Source of the DNA: a virus
Taxonomy: Duplodnaviria; Caudoviricetes
Strand: one strand, 5' to 3'
DNA: 49,058 nucleotides
Virus record (IMG/VR): IMGVR_UViG_3300033485_000022
Coordinates: 1-49,058 of that record
Made by a program: the position numbers and the translations under genes
In this document: piece after piece, positions 10,009 through 18,370 of the stretch
How positions within the stretch are numbered: the first letter of the stretch is position 1
How the letters are laid out: every line of letters begins with the position of its first letter
The notes under the pieces: model-generated
What the model was told of the DNA's origin: nothing
Database searches by the model: none
What the model saw: only the letters and a program-made list of their open reading frames with translations

Positions 10009-10977
10009 CTATGAATCGGTGTAACCCGTGTAGAGTCCATTAACAAAAATCAAAGTTCGCGTCCCGCCGCCTACCCTTGCAACGGCAATGCTGGCTGTAA
10101 CCCCGTCATCATCGGTGAGCACCCGCATCCAGCCCGCCCGCGTAAGTGTGGCACTGCCGCTCAACGTAAATCCACCCGACGCGGCAAGTTCCGCAACTGT
10201 GGCAACGGTTAGCGTAGCCGTACCGCCCAGAGTAAACCCGCCCGATGCCGCCAATTCCGCCACTTCCGCCGCCGTCAATGTAGCCGTGCCACTCAGGGTA
10301 AATCCACCGGAGGCGGCGAGTTCTGCCGGCACCCCGGTCAACATATCCTCGTGGTTTTCAATCAGGCCGGAAGTAGAAGGAGTAGCGGGCTGCTGCCGAG
10401 CAGAGCAGGCGTATAGATAACGAAAGTCGTTTTGCTCTCCGGCACTACAATCACGAGTCAGGGTGTCTACAAGAGTAAATCCGGCCTCATCGTTATAGTT
10501 TCCGGTGCAGATGTAGACGGTATACTGCCCCGTACCATTCGCCCCTCCATTGTCGTCACGGTAGATGTCTAAATAATACTTGGTCTCCAAGGACAGATTA
10601 ACGGAGAAATCCTGATTGGTGGTGACACCATTCTCTACCAACCGAAGAAAAATGAGCGGCACACCCCCCGAACTCTCAAAATAGAACACCGCCTGATAGT
10701 CACCACTGGCACCCTCAATCGTAGACGGGGCACTGACCGCGTTGGTGAGTAGCCAGAAATAGAGGAACGAAGAATTTTCAGCACCGCCCGCCGCTGGCGT
10801 GGTGAACTGGCACCGCCAATGCAGATCACCAGAGAAGTACCCTGCCGTAAAGTCCTTGTAGACAGCGGCTACTGGCGTGGACTCGTCCATGTTGGTCACG
10901 GTGATCGCGGCTGCGGCTACCGTCAATACGCCATCAGGGTCCGATTCAGTGTAGGTAGTGTAGTTTTGAACAGCCAT
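10009..10977 (-). CDS. Tail fibre/appendage protein with three tandem AELAASGGFTLSGTATLT repeats
   Basis: GAGG RBS before ATG 10977; beta-rich N-terminal domain; 22-aa repeats near the C-terminus. Confidence 0.6.
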   Translation of the reverse strand: MAVQNYTTYTESDPDGVLTVAAAAITVTNMDESTPVAAVYKDFTAGYFSGDLHWRCQFTTPAAGGAENSSFLYFWLLTNAVSAPSTIEGASGDYQAVFYFESSGGVPLIFLRLVENGVTTNQDFSVNLSLETKYYLDIYRDDNGGANGTGQYTVYICTGNYNDEAGFTLVDTLTRDCSAGEQNDFRYLYACSARQQPATPSTSGLIENHEDMLTGVPAELAASGGFTLSGTATLTAAEVAELAASGGFTLGGTATLTVATVAELAASGGFTLSGSATLTRAGWMRVLTDDDGVTASIAVARVGGGTRTLIFVNGLYTGYTDS

Positions 10978-10979
10978 CC

Positions 10980-12053
10980 TTATTCCTCGTACCGAGAATA
11001 GAATCTCTTGGTGTCCGTCTGATAGACCAAATCGCCTTCTTCGGCATCGGCCGCCGAACGCTCCTGTCCATCTGCTACGCGAATAATTCGTCCGTACCGT
11101 GACCACACGGTTAAGGTCGCCGTCCCGCTCAACACAAGACCGGAAGCAGTGGACATATCCACGTACTCCGCCAATGAAAGACGACGAAATGCATCGTCAT
11201 TGTGCCCCGGACTCAGCCAACCCCCACAGAAGTAGATCGCTCCGTCGAACACGCACGATGCCATCTCTCCGTTGGGTGATATGACATTCGACGCTACGCT
11301 CCATGTATTTTGCACCAGGTCCAAAACCTGCACGTCTCCCGTGAAGTCATAGGCCCCATCGACCGCCCCACCGATCATATACAACTTGTCCCCGACGACA
11401 TCTATCTCTTTGTAGCAGGCGGCAACCGGGCAATCGGCCAGACTGGAAAAGCTGTTGAGAGCCGGGTCATACAACAGCACTTGCCGAGTCGCCCGGAGGT
11501 CATTAGGATACCCACCCATGTCGCCGGTGCCGCTGACGAGGACAATCTTGTCACCATAGGGAGCGGCGAAATCTCCAAGGGCCACGGGCGAGAACCAACT
11601 GCGGCTTTCCCAAGAATCAGTACCCGGATTGTACACGTCGATGTAGGATGCAAACGTGTGACCAGGATTCGTCAACCCACCAAAGATGTAGATTTTCCCG
11701 CCGACCACTGCGCCGCCCATGTCCTCGCGGGCGTGAGGCATGTCGGCCTTCTGCGTCCATGAATCTTGCGACGGGTCATACTCATAGGTCTCGTCTGATT
11801 TCACGCCGAGGTCGCTGCGGTATCCGCCGATCAAATAGAGTTTCCCGCCGACCGCTTTCCACACTGGACTCTGCCCAGAAATCGGGGCGTCGGCCTTGCG
11901 GGTCCAATGGCCGGTCGTCGGGTCGTAGGCGTAGAGCCGATTCATCTCCACGCCCTCAGACCCCCCGCATACGGCGTACAAAATCCCGCCGCACTCCTCG
12001 AATCCGTGTTGGCCGAGTGGAATCGGCAGCGATTCTAATGTAGTGACATCCAC
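10980..12053 (-). CDS. Kelch-repeat beta-propeller protein
   Basis: About six GG-Y/W repeats (LYAVCGG, LYLIGG, IYIFGG, LYMIGG, IYFCGG with YDP..W). Confidence 0.9.
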   Translation of the reverse strand: MDVTTLESLPIPLGQHGFEECGGILYAVCGGSEGVEMNRLYAYDPTTGHWTRKADAPISGQSPVWKAVGGKLYLIGGYRSDLGVKSDETYEYDPSQDSWTQKADMPHAREDMGGAVVGGKIYIFGGLTNPGHTFASYIDVYNPGTDSWESRSWFSPVALGDFAAPYGDKIVLVSGTGDMGGYPNDLRATRQVLLYDPALNSFSSLADCPVAACYKEIDVVGDKLYMIGGAVDGAYDFTGDVQVLDLVQNTWSVASNVISPNGEMASCVFDGAIYFCGGWLSPGHNDDAFRRLSLAEYVDMSTASGLVLSGTATLTVWSRYGRIIRVADGQERSAADAEEGDLVYQTDTKRFYSRYEE

Positions 12054-12054
12054 G

Positions 12055-12432
12055 TTAGTCCGCCGTCATATCAAACGCACCAATGGCAAACCGGGCAATC
12101 TTCCCGGCGGTGATCTCCACTCCACCCGTCAAGGCAATAGAGAAAAGCAGATTACCCGCCGAGACAGCATCAAATATGCCCACATGCGTCACAGTTCCCC
12201 AGCCGTCCCCGGTCGCTTCGGGGAACGTAATCGCCAACCCGTTGCTTTTGGTTCCGCCCGACGCGGCATCCCATGTTGCGGTGGTTGTCGCTACTCTGGC
12301 GTAACCATCACCGACCGGCTCTGCGAGACCAGACGCATCATCAAGTGGGTCGGCGGTCGAGAGCCCCACCCAACGATTTGTCTCCAAAAACAAATCCAGT
12401 ACAACATCTTCGCCTGTGTTACTCAAACTCAT
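12055..12432 (-). CDS. Small beta-sandwich tail-fibre adaptor-like protein
   Basis: VGLSTADP..GYARV..ITFPEAT..WGTVTHVGIFDA..GNLL is a widespread phage minor tail/fibre family signature; AGGGAG RBS. Confidence 0.75.
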   Translation of the reverse strand: MSLSNTGEDVVLDLFLETNRWVGLSTADPLDDASGLAEPVGDGYARVATTTATWDAASGGTKSNGLAITFPEATGDGWGTVTHVGIFDAVSAGNLLFSIALTGGVEITAGKIARFAIGAFDMTAD

Positions 12433-13376
12433 GGTAACTCCCTGTAGAAATAAAGATTTCCCGTATCCTCTTGATACACTACATCGCCATTGTCCGAAGT
12501 AGACGATAACGCCAATCGTGCCGCCGTGTTGGCTACCAACGCTATGCCGCCGCTTGCCTCTTGAAACGCAAACGTCGTCGCTCCAGTCGCCGTCAACACA
12601 TGCCCTATTGTCAGCCCCGATACCGTGCCCGCTACGCCGCTTACCACCCCGGCATCGGCCCGCAGAATCCCCGACGCCCCGGTGAGCGTAAGCCCAGAGA
12701 ACATCGCTGCCCCGGATGCGAGGATGCTGGCCGTCTCGGCGGCTCCGGCATCGACCGACAAGCACTTACCCGCAATGCCTTCGTGGCTGAGTCGGAGTAC
12801 CAGCACGTCGGCGTCCTCAGCCTCGAAATGGCACAGGTCCGATGCCCCCGGATTGCCAGTATGTTGGTGAACGTGGAACAGGTCCCCGGTGAACGCCCCC
12901 GATGCCTGAATCTCAAACGCCCCATCGTAAGTCGGCTGATTCGTGGGGTTTGTGAAATTGAACGACAGCGAAAAGGCTGCGTTGTTAAAGGTCTTGTTCG
13001 CCGTCATGTTCGCCAGAGCGTTGAGCGGGGCGTTTCCGCTCACGACGCCCGCGGTCGCCTGCAACACACCGGAGAATCCAGTCAAGGTCAGCCCGGCGAA
13101 TGTCGGACTCGCTGTAGTGCGAATATCCTGAATCGTGTTCAGTGTCGGCGCGGAGAACGACATACTCGATCCCAGCGTCACCGACTGTAATACCTTATCC
13201 GTATCCGTGTAGACGAGTCGATCTGCTGTTAGGTTAGGGAGAGTTAAACTACCGAACGCCGGCGTGCCGGTTGGCCCCAAGGCCGCTCGGATACGCGCGA
13301 GAGCCATCACAGTATCCCGCTCGAATCGAGACGATCCAGCGACGGGAAGATTGATTGTATTGGCGTATTCGGTCAT
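12429..13376 (-). CDS. Tail fibre protein
   Basis: Repeated P(T/A)F(A/G)xLTL and G(V/I)LxAxAGVVSG fibre segments; C-terminal GDVVYQEDT motif. Confidence 0.7.
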   Translation of the reverse strand: MTEYANTINLPVAGSSRFERDTVMALARIRAALGPTGTPAFGSLTLPNLTADRLVYTDTDKVLQSVTLGSSMSFSAPTLNTIQDIRTTASPTFAGLTLTGFSGVLQATAGVVSGNAPLNALANMTANKTFNNAAFSLSFNFTNPTNQPTYDGAFEIQASGAFTGDLFHVHQHTGNPGASDLCHFEAEDADVLVLRLSHEGIAGKCLSVDAGAAETASILASGAAMFSGLTLTGASGILRADAGVVSGVAGTVSGLTIGHVLTATGATTFAFQEASGGIALVANTAARLALSSTSDNGDVVYQEDTGNLYFYRELP

Positions 13377-13942
13377 CGGGCGAAAGCACCTGTGTAGTAG
13401 GGGGCTGGGGCACCACCGGCACCGCGCGCCGCGTTCAATTCAGCAATGTACTTCTCAAGACCTTGCTGTGCTACATTCGATTGATACCCCAGCGCGGCGT
13501 TGCTCATGCTCGCCCCCGCTCCGATGTTCGCCGTCTGTAGCGAGGTCTGCGCCCCAAGGTTCTGCCCGTACATCCCCGCCGCCGTCTGACCGAGCCCGGT
13601 CAGGATGCCGGCCTTCTGCTGGCCGAGCATGGTGTTGAACGCCGGGCGGTTGGCCTCGTCGTAGGCAATCCCCGCCGCGGGCATGTTCAGGGTGTTCGCC
13701 ATACCGGAGTTGACCGACTGCATGGCAATGTCCGAGAGCGTCCGCCGCTTACCGCCCTGATAGGACTTCTCCGCCTCCCCGGTCAAGCTGGCGAGGGCCT
13801 CGCGGAACAGGCTGGACACGTCGCCGTAGCCTGCGGGCTGACTGCCCCCGCCCGCAACGGGAGCTTGGCCCGCGTTCCACGCCGCCATTCTCGATTCACC
13901 CGTCGCTCGCGGTCCACCTGCATATTGTCGTGTCGTGAACAT
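13373..13942 (-). CDS. Probable internal virion protein
   Basis: Ala/Gly/Gln-rich low-complexity sequence directly after the nozzle gene. Confidence 0.5.
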   Translation of the reverse strand: MFTTRQYAGGPRATGESRMAAWNAGQAPVAGGGSQPAGYGDVSSLFREALASLTGEAEKSYQGGKRRTLSDIAMQSVNSGMANTLNMPAAGIAYDEANRPAFNTMLGQQKAGILTGLGQTAAGMYGQNLGAQTSLQTANIGAGASMSNAALGYQSNVAQQGLEKYIAELNAARGAGGAPAPYYTGAFAR

Positions 13943-15537
13943 CAGTGTAACCTCCTGCCCGGCGCACCGCCGTCAATCAACAACTTCTCCATGCCCCACG
14001 TCTCACTTATCGTACTATTCCCAATCTTGATACCTGCGAACGCCCCCCGCACGCCCCGCCGCCGCTTCGCGCCTCGCATCCGACCAGGGCCGGTGAACGT
14101 CATCGACAACTGTGGGCTCGTGCCGGCGATCAAGTCCTCAAGCATCGTCTCGGCCACATCCTCGGTCCACACCTGCACCGTAGCATCATCGACCGCCCCA
14201 GTCGCCCCGCCCGCGAGGATTAGATCGAACGCCTCTATAGAGCCATCCCGGCCGTCCTCAGCCAGCGCGATCGGGCCGAACGTAACGTAGGAGTCAATGG
14301 CCGTCCCGTCGTCGTTCTCCTCGGTATCGACGTGCCAGCGAACGTACCCGTCTTTGCAGCCGAGGAGCAGACCCTTATAAGCTGTGGCGTTGGCGTCGTA
14401 TTGGAAAATCGAGTAGACCCCGTGGGCGGTCGCGTGCGTATCGGGGAACATACCCCCGGTTTGCAAGTCGAGCCAATAGTTCGTGCTGGTGCCGTCCGCG
14501 AGCAAGGTGATGCAGACCTTGATACCTTGACGCACACCGTCAAACCCCATCGTGATTCTATGGGTTGTGGGGTCCGCTCCGGTATCAGTGATGAGCGTCG
14601 GCAACCGAGTGGCGGTCAGATTCTCGACCTGCTCTGCCCCCTTGGCGAGTTTGTAGATGCCCCCGGTGCCCCAGAAATACAGGTTGCCATCGCCGTCGAA
14701 GCACCACGAGGTAGAGTCGAAAATGCCGGTGCCGTTGATATCAACCATCTGCCCGCCGTAGGCCGGGTTGTCGATCATAATGTGCATCGAGGTTGCACAG
14801 CCGATGATGAGTTGCCCATCCCGTGCCGGGATCAAAGCCCGCACCACGTCCCCGATCTGTCCCGCAACCCCGGACCCGATCACGGTCGCCCGGTCGGCGG
14901 TTGTGCGATTGGTGTTCCAATCCCACGGATTGCCCGCCGCCGAAGTCGGAGCCTGATGCGGATAACTGGGATTGCCACTGAGGATACATCGCCCCCCGGA
15001 CAGGCACCCAATGTACGCCTTGGCCGGCATCGAGCCGTAGTTTGTCGTATCATTGCCGTAGACCGTCCAGTTGTACCAGTGAGGCGGAGCGGTCTCGGCC
15101 CCGGACGTGGTGAACGAGATCGCGTTGCCGTCGTCGTCGGTCCCGGTGACGCCCTCGGTGCCAAAATCGGCGGTCGTGGTCTTATATCCGTAAATCGTTA
15201 CCGCCCCGGAGAGCGCGGTCACGTAATCCACGATCATCGCCGCCCCGCCGGCCGCCGTTAGAATGTTGCCCCGATCCGGGGGATTGGCCCCGACATCAGC
15301 GGTCGCGATCTTGGTGTTCTGGAAATCGGCGACCTTGAGTTTGGCCCCGTTGACGACAAAGACCTTGCCGTATGCCTCGAACATCATCAGACGATCCGAG
15401 GTATCAATGGCGTTCCCCGTCGTCGTCAATTCTGCCCATTCTCCTGCGCCCACGGCTAAGTCCTCATAGTAAACGGCATTGTTGCCGATAGCAACGAGCC
15501 TCTTTTTCGTATTGTCCCCGGCGAGTGATACGGTCAT
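13942..15537 (-). CDS. Tail nozzle/packaged-DNA stabilisation-like beta-propeller protein (main part)
   Basis: 531 aa beta-rich; motifs G.LYFWG..GIY and C-terminal RRGVRG..GIKI..W.ME resemble P22 gp10/T7 gp12-like proteins; position after the adaptor. Confidence 0.6.
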   Translation of the reverse strand: MTVSLAGDNTKKRLVAIGNNAVYYEDLAVGAGEWAELTTTGNAIDTSDRLMMFEAYGKVFVVNGAKLKVADFQNTKIATADVGANPPDRGNILTAAGGAAMIVDYVTALSGAVTIYGYKTTTADFGTEGVTGTDDDGNAISFTTSGAETAPPHWYNWTVYGNDTTNYGSMPAKAYIGCLSGGRCILSGNPSYPHQAPTSAAGNPWDWNTNRTTADRATVIGSGVAGQIGDVVRALIPARDGQLIIGCATSMHIMIDNPAYGGQMVDINGTGIFDSTSWCFDGDGNLYFWGTGGIYKLAKGAEQVENLTATRLPTLITDTGADPTTHRITMGFDGVRQGIKVCITLLADGTSTNYWLDLQTGGMFPDTHATAHGVYSIFQYDANATAYKGLLLGCKDGYVRWHVDTEENDDGTAIDSYVTFGPIALAEDGRDGSIEAFDLILAGGATGAVDDATVQVWTEDVAETMLEDLIAGTSPQLSMTFTGPGRMRGAKRRRGVRGAFAGIKIGNSTISETWGMEKLLIDGGAPGRRLH

Positions 15538-16136
15538 GCCGTCATCTCATACCAAATCTTATTGTTGGCTGCTGCGATCAGGCGTTTCTTGGTCGGCCCA
15601 GCGGACGGCGGGGTGAACACATACGCTGCGGGGCCATAGAGATCAATGGTCAAATTCCCAGCAACTACCAATGCGCCCTTGTGCATTTGCAGTACGATAC
15701 TTGTGAGACTGTAGGATGACGCGGCAGTAAAAGGTTGTGCATACCATGTTGTATTGCCAAAATATATTGATGAAGAGCCGCCCGTTAAAGGTCCTTTATC
15801 TTTCTCTACTGCACTCGCCTTTGTTATATAGTGGAAGTATTGACTTGTATCTCCATATGCAGCCCACGTACCGCCAGAATTTGTACTTTTTAATGCGCCA
15901 CCGCCAGTATATCCCCCTGCTTCACTCCAAAAACGCCAGCCAATCCCGGTGTCAAACGTGGCTCCTGTGGCACCTGGGGCACTCGCGACTACCGCGTAGA
16001 CCTGTCCTGATACGATGGTAACTGCGGCATCGAAGGTAATCTCTATGGTAGGGACAGGGGTAGTGTACGGGACCAAGATACTTGAATCTATGGTCTTTGT
16101 CGCTCGCAACACTCCGCCAGCAATCGGAGAAGCCAT
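15534..16136 (-). CDS. Beta-sandwich virion accessory protein
   Basis: WYAQPFTA..YSLTSI.L and SGQVYAVV motifs of jelly-roll-like appendage domains; C-terminus shares a motif with the next gene's N-terminus. Confidence 0.55.
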   Translation of the reverse strand: MASPIAGGVLRATKTIDSSILVPYTTPVPTIEITFDAAVTIVSGQVYAVVASAPGATGATFDTGIGWRFWSEAGGYTGGGALKSTNSGGTWAAYGDTSQYFHYITKASAVEKDKGPLTGGSSSIYFGNTTWYAQPFTAASSYSLTSIVLQMHKGALVVAGNLTIDLYGPAAYVFTPPSAGPTKKRLIAAANNKIWYEMTA

Positions 16137-16363
16137 CAGGGACTCTCCACGTAACTGACGCTACACATACTGCATACTGGTTGCTCCGCCGCTCCGATCT
16201 GGGTCCCCGCGCCCCACTTCGCCAGGCCCGGCCGCTGGCCGCCGCGGAGACGACCAAGAAAGTACGGCCGCACATTGAACAATCGGGGACTGGTGTTCTC
16301 CGGCTGGACACCGGGGAGCCCGCCCTTATGCAATCCACCGAAAGGGAAATTCAGAGTAGCCAT
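16136..16363 (-). CDS. Short protein resembling the N-terminal segment of nozzle proteins
   Basis: FPFGGL..P..SP..NVRP..GRLRGGQRPG; AGGGTGA RBS. Confidence 0.55.
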   Translation of the reverse strand: MATLNFPFGGLHKGGLPGVQPENTSPRLFNVRPYFLGRLRGGQRPGLAKWGAGTQIGAAEQPVCSMCSVSYVESP

Positions 16364-16369
16364 ATCACC

Positions 16370-17644
16370 CTACGAGTAAGTCACCATGCCTCTGTTGGTG
16401 TAGTACACGGCCTCGCTGCCCTGTCGCATGAATCCACCGGGCCGACCCACGCCGAGTTTCCGGGGAGCCGAGCGGGCGTCGATGGCGTACGCGGCAGGGA
16501 GATCGACCGAAAGGAACTTCTCCATATACCCGCGCTTGACATCGGTGAACTCCTGCTCGGTCTGTGCGAGACACGCGGACACGATGGCCTGATCGAACTG
16601 CAACCCGGCCGGATGGACCTCGCCGGAATCGACAATGTAGACGCTGTTCGCTCCGGGGTCCGTGCCACCGGCCGCGCCGTTCTGGTAGAGCCAATCGGCC
16701 ACAGTGAACACGCCGGTCGCGCCGGTGTAGTCGGTCACAACCGCATAGCTCGTCTTGCCGGTCCCGCTGATGATTCTGACGGTCTGCCCGTTGAAATAGT
16801 CATTGGCGTAGAGCCCGGCCAAATCAGCATCGGTGATACTCGTCGCCCCGCCGGCGTTCGCCGTCCCGGCGATCAGGGTCAGCTTGTCGAAATTCGCCTT
16901 GTACGGAAACACAATGGTATGCTCGTTCGTGGGCTCCGGGTCCACGATCAACTCCCACCGGCGTTTCGTACTGTTGGGAAGAACCGCCGCGAGGAACGGG
17001 GCATCGCCGCCGTTGACGCTGATCTCCCGCAGCCGGCGGATATCGGCCTCGCTCGTCCACTCGATCCCGCAGGCATCGGATTCAGCCTTGAAAGTTATCT
17101 GGCCGGTGTGTTCGCCTTGGAAGTCCTGCGTGAGCAAGTAACGGGCGGGATCGGAGTCGATGACTTGGGTAGAGCGGCAGATGCGGTACTCTGATGTCGT
17201 ATCGGGAGTGGACCCCCCAGAAAGCGCAGTGAAAGCGAACACGCCGGTTGCGCCGGTATAACCTGTGATCGTCGCATACTCGTCCTTTCCCGTCCCCGCG
17301 GTAATGCGAAGGACATAGGTGTTGAAATAGTCATTGGCGTAGTCGCCTGCAATCCCGCCATCGGTCAGACTCGCCGCGGTGCCGGCGGTCGCCGTGCCGG
17401 TGTAACCTCGGACCAGGTTGACCTCCATGAGTCGGTTCCGCCATCGCCAACCCTCCGGGGGGGCCTTGGCGATGAAGTCGCGGATCGCGTGGTTGACCAC
17501 GCGGAGACATCGGGCGAGGTTAATGGGGTCTATCGGAGCCATCTCGGCCTCGTTCCCGGCCGAGCCGTAGTAGCCGACCTCCGCCGCGAGTGCGACTTCT
17601 TTTACAAGGTCATACGTAGTGAGGGCACTGGTTACTTCGGCCAT
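16370..17644 (-). CDS. Head-tail adaptor-like protein with two inserted repeated beta domains
   Basis: Helical N-terminus (VVNHAIRDF..WRW) plus duplicated GTA.AG..S.TD...YANDYFN...RI..GTGK..YA.(I/V)T.YTGATGVF. Confidence 0.6.
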   Translation of the reverse strand: MAEVTSALTTYDLVKEVALAAEVGYYGSAGNEAEMAPIDPINLARCLRVVNHAIRDFIAKAPPEGWRWRNRLMEVNLVRGYTGTATAGTAASLTDGGIAGDYANDYFNTYVLRITAGTGKDEYATITGYTGATGVFAFTALSGGSTPDTTSEYRICRSTQVIDSDPARYLLTQDFQGEHTGQITFKAESDACGIEWTSEADIRRLREISVNGGDAPFLAAVLPNSTKRRWELIVDPEPTNEHTIVFPYKANFDKLTLIAGTANAGGATSITDADLAGLYANDYFNGQTVRIISGTGKTSYAVVTDYTGATGVFTVADWLYQNGAAGGTDPGANSVYIVDSGEVHPAGLQFDQAIVSACLAQTEQEFTDVKRGYMEKFLSVDLPAAYAIDARSAPRKLGVGRPGGFMRQGSEAVYYTNRGMVTYS

Positions 17645-17647
17645 TGG

Positions 17648-17821
17648 TTATGCTCCCGGTGCGAGGGTGTCGCCCATTGCTTTCACATCTTCCGCGTGTT
17701 CTTTCGCCCCATCGTACAACATCTGCACTGACTGGCTGGCGAGACTGTGTTCCTCGCGCGTGAGACGAGTTTGACTGACGATGTGGTCGAGAATCTGTCG
17801 TGCTTGTTCGAGATTCAGCAT
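17648..17821 (-). CDS. Hypothetical protein
   Basis: AGGGGAG RBS before ATG 17821. Confidence 0.5.
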   Translation of the reverse strand: MLNLEQARQILDHIVSQTRLTREEHSLASQSVQMLYDGAKEHAEDVKAMGDTLAPGA

Positions 17822-17864
17822 GGTACTCCCCTTTGTCACAAATATAGATCGTTGTTTCTGACAA

Positions 17865-17967
17865 CGCCCCAAGAGGGACTCGAACCCTCATCTCCCGGTA
17901 AACGCACGGGGTCCTACGCGTGCGGGCGACTTACAAACTGGCACCCGCTTCCTTGGACGATTGGGGC
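17865..17967 (-). ncRNA. tRNA-like RNA with ~40-nt D-loop and non-canonical anticodon arm
   Basis: Acceptor stem GCCCCAA/TTGGGGC, T-arm GAGGG-TTCGAGT-CCCTC, D-stem GTCC/GGAC; no encoded CCA. Confidence 0.75.
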
Positions 17968-18022
17968 AAAAACGCCCGGTACGCCGGACGTCAAGCCGGA
18001 GATACTATCTCCGGGGTAGCTC

Positions 18023-18062
18023 AAAAGTAGGCCGCCGAGCGGGGGAACGGCACCCGGCGGCC
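18023..18062 (-). terminator. Probable intrinsic terminator after the capsid genes
   Basis: GGCCGCCG/CGGCGGCC stem followed by TACTTTT on the minus strand. Confidence 0.55.
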
Positions 18063-18098
18063 CGAAACAATCGGGGCTATCTGGCCCCGTCAATTATG

Positions 18099-18359
18099 CT
18101 ACGTCCCCGCGGCCACGTAGGCGAACGCACTCGACGCCTTCGTACCCTCGTTGATGTAAACCCACGCGCTGCCGCTGGCGTCCGTATGGATGAAGATGCA
18201 ACCGGGGGCATAGCCCACCGTCGCATCGGCCGGGAAAGTCGAGCCGTAGGCCAGAATGACTCCATCCTCAGTCGTCAGCACCGCACGCGGAGTCGCCGCG
18301 CCAGCCGGAAGGGGGTTGGCCGTGAGACGCTCGGTAACAATGTCACCACGCAAACTCAT
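18099..18359 (-). CDS. Small virion (head fibre/decoration-like) protein
   Basis: GYAPGCIFIHTD...YINEGT motif; AGGAGG RBS. Confidence 0.55.
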   Translation of the reverse strand: MSLRGDIVTERLTANPLPAGAATPRAVLTTEDGVILAYGSTFPADATVGYAPGCIFIHTDASGSAWVYINEGTKASSAFAYVAAGT

Positions 18360-18370
18360 AGTCAGCCTCC

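Noticed and set aside
16700-17405. Diversity-generating retroelement TR/VR pair
   Set aside because: No reverse transcriptase in the genome; both copies are in-frame parts of one protein, and the differences do not look adenine-specific
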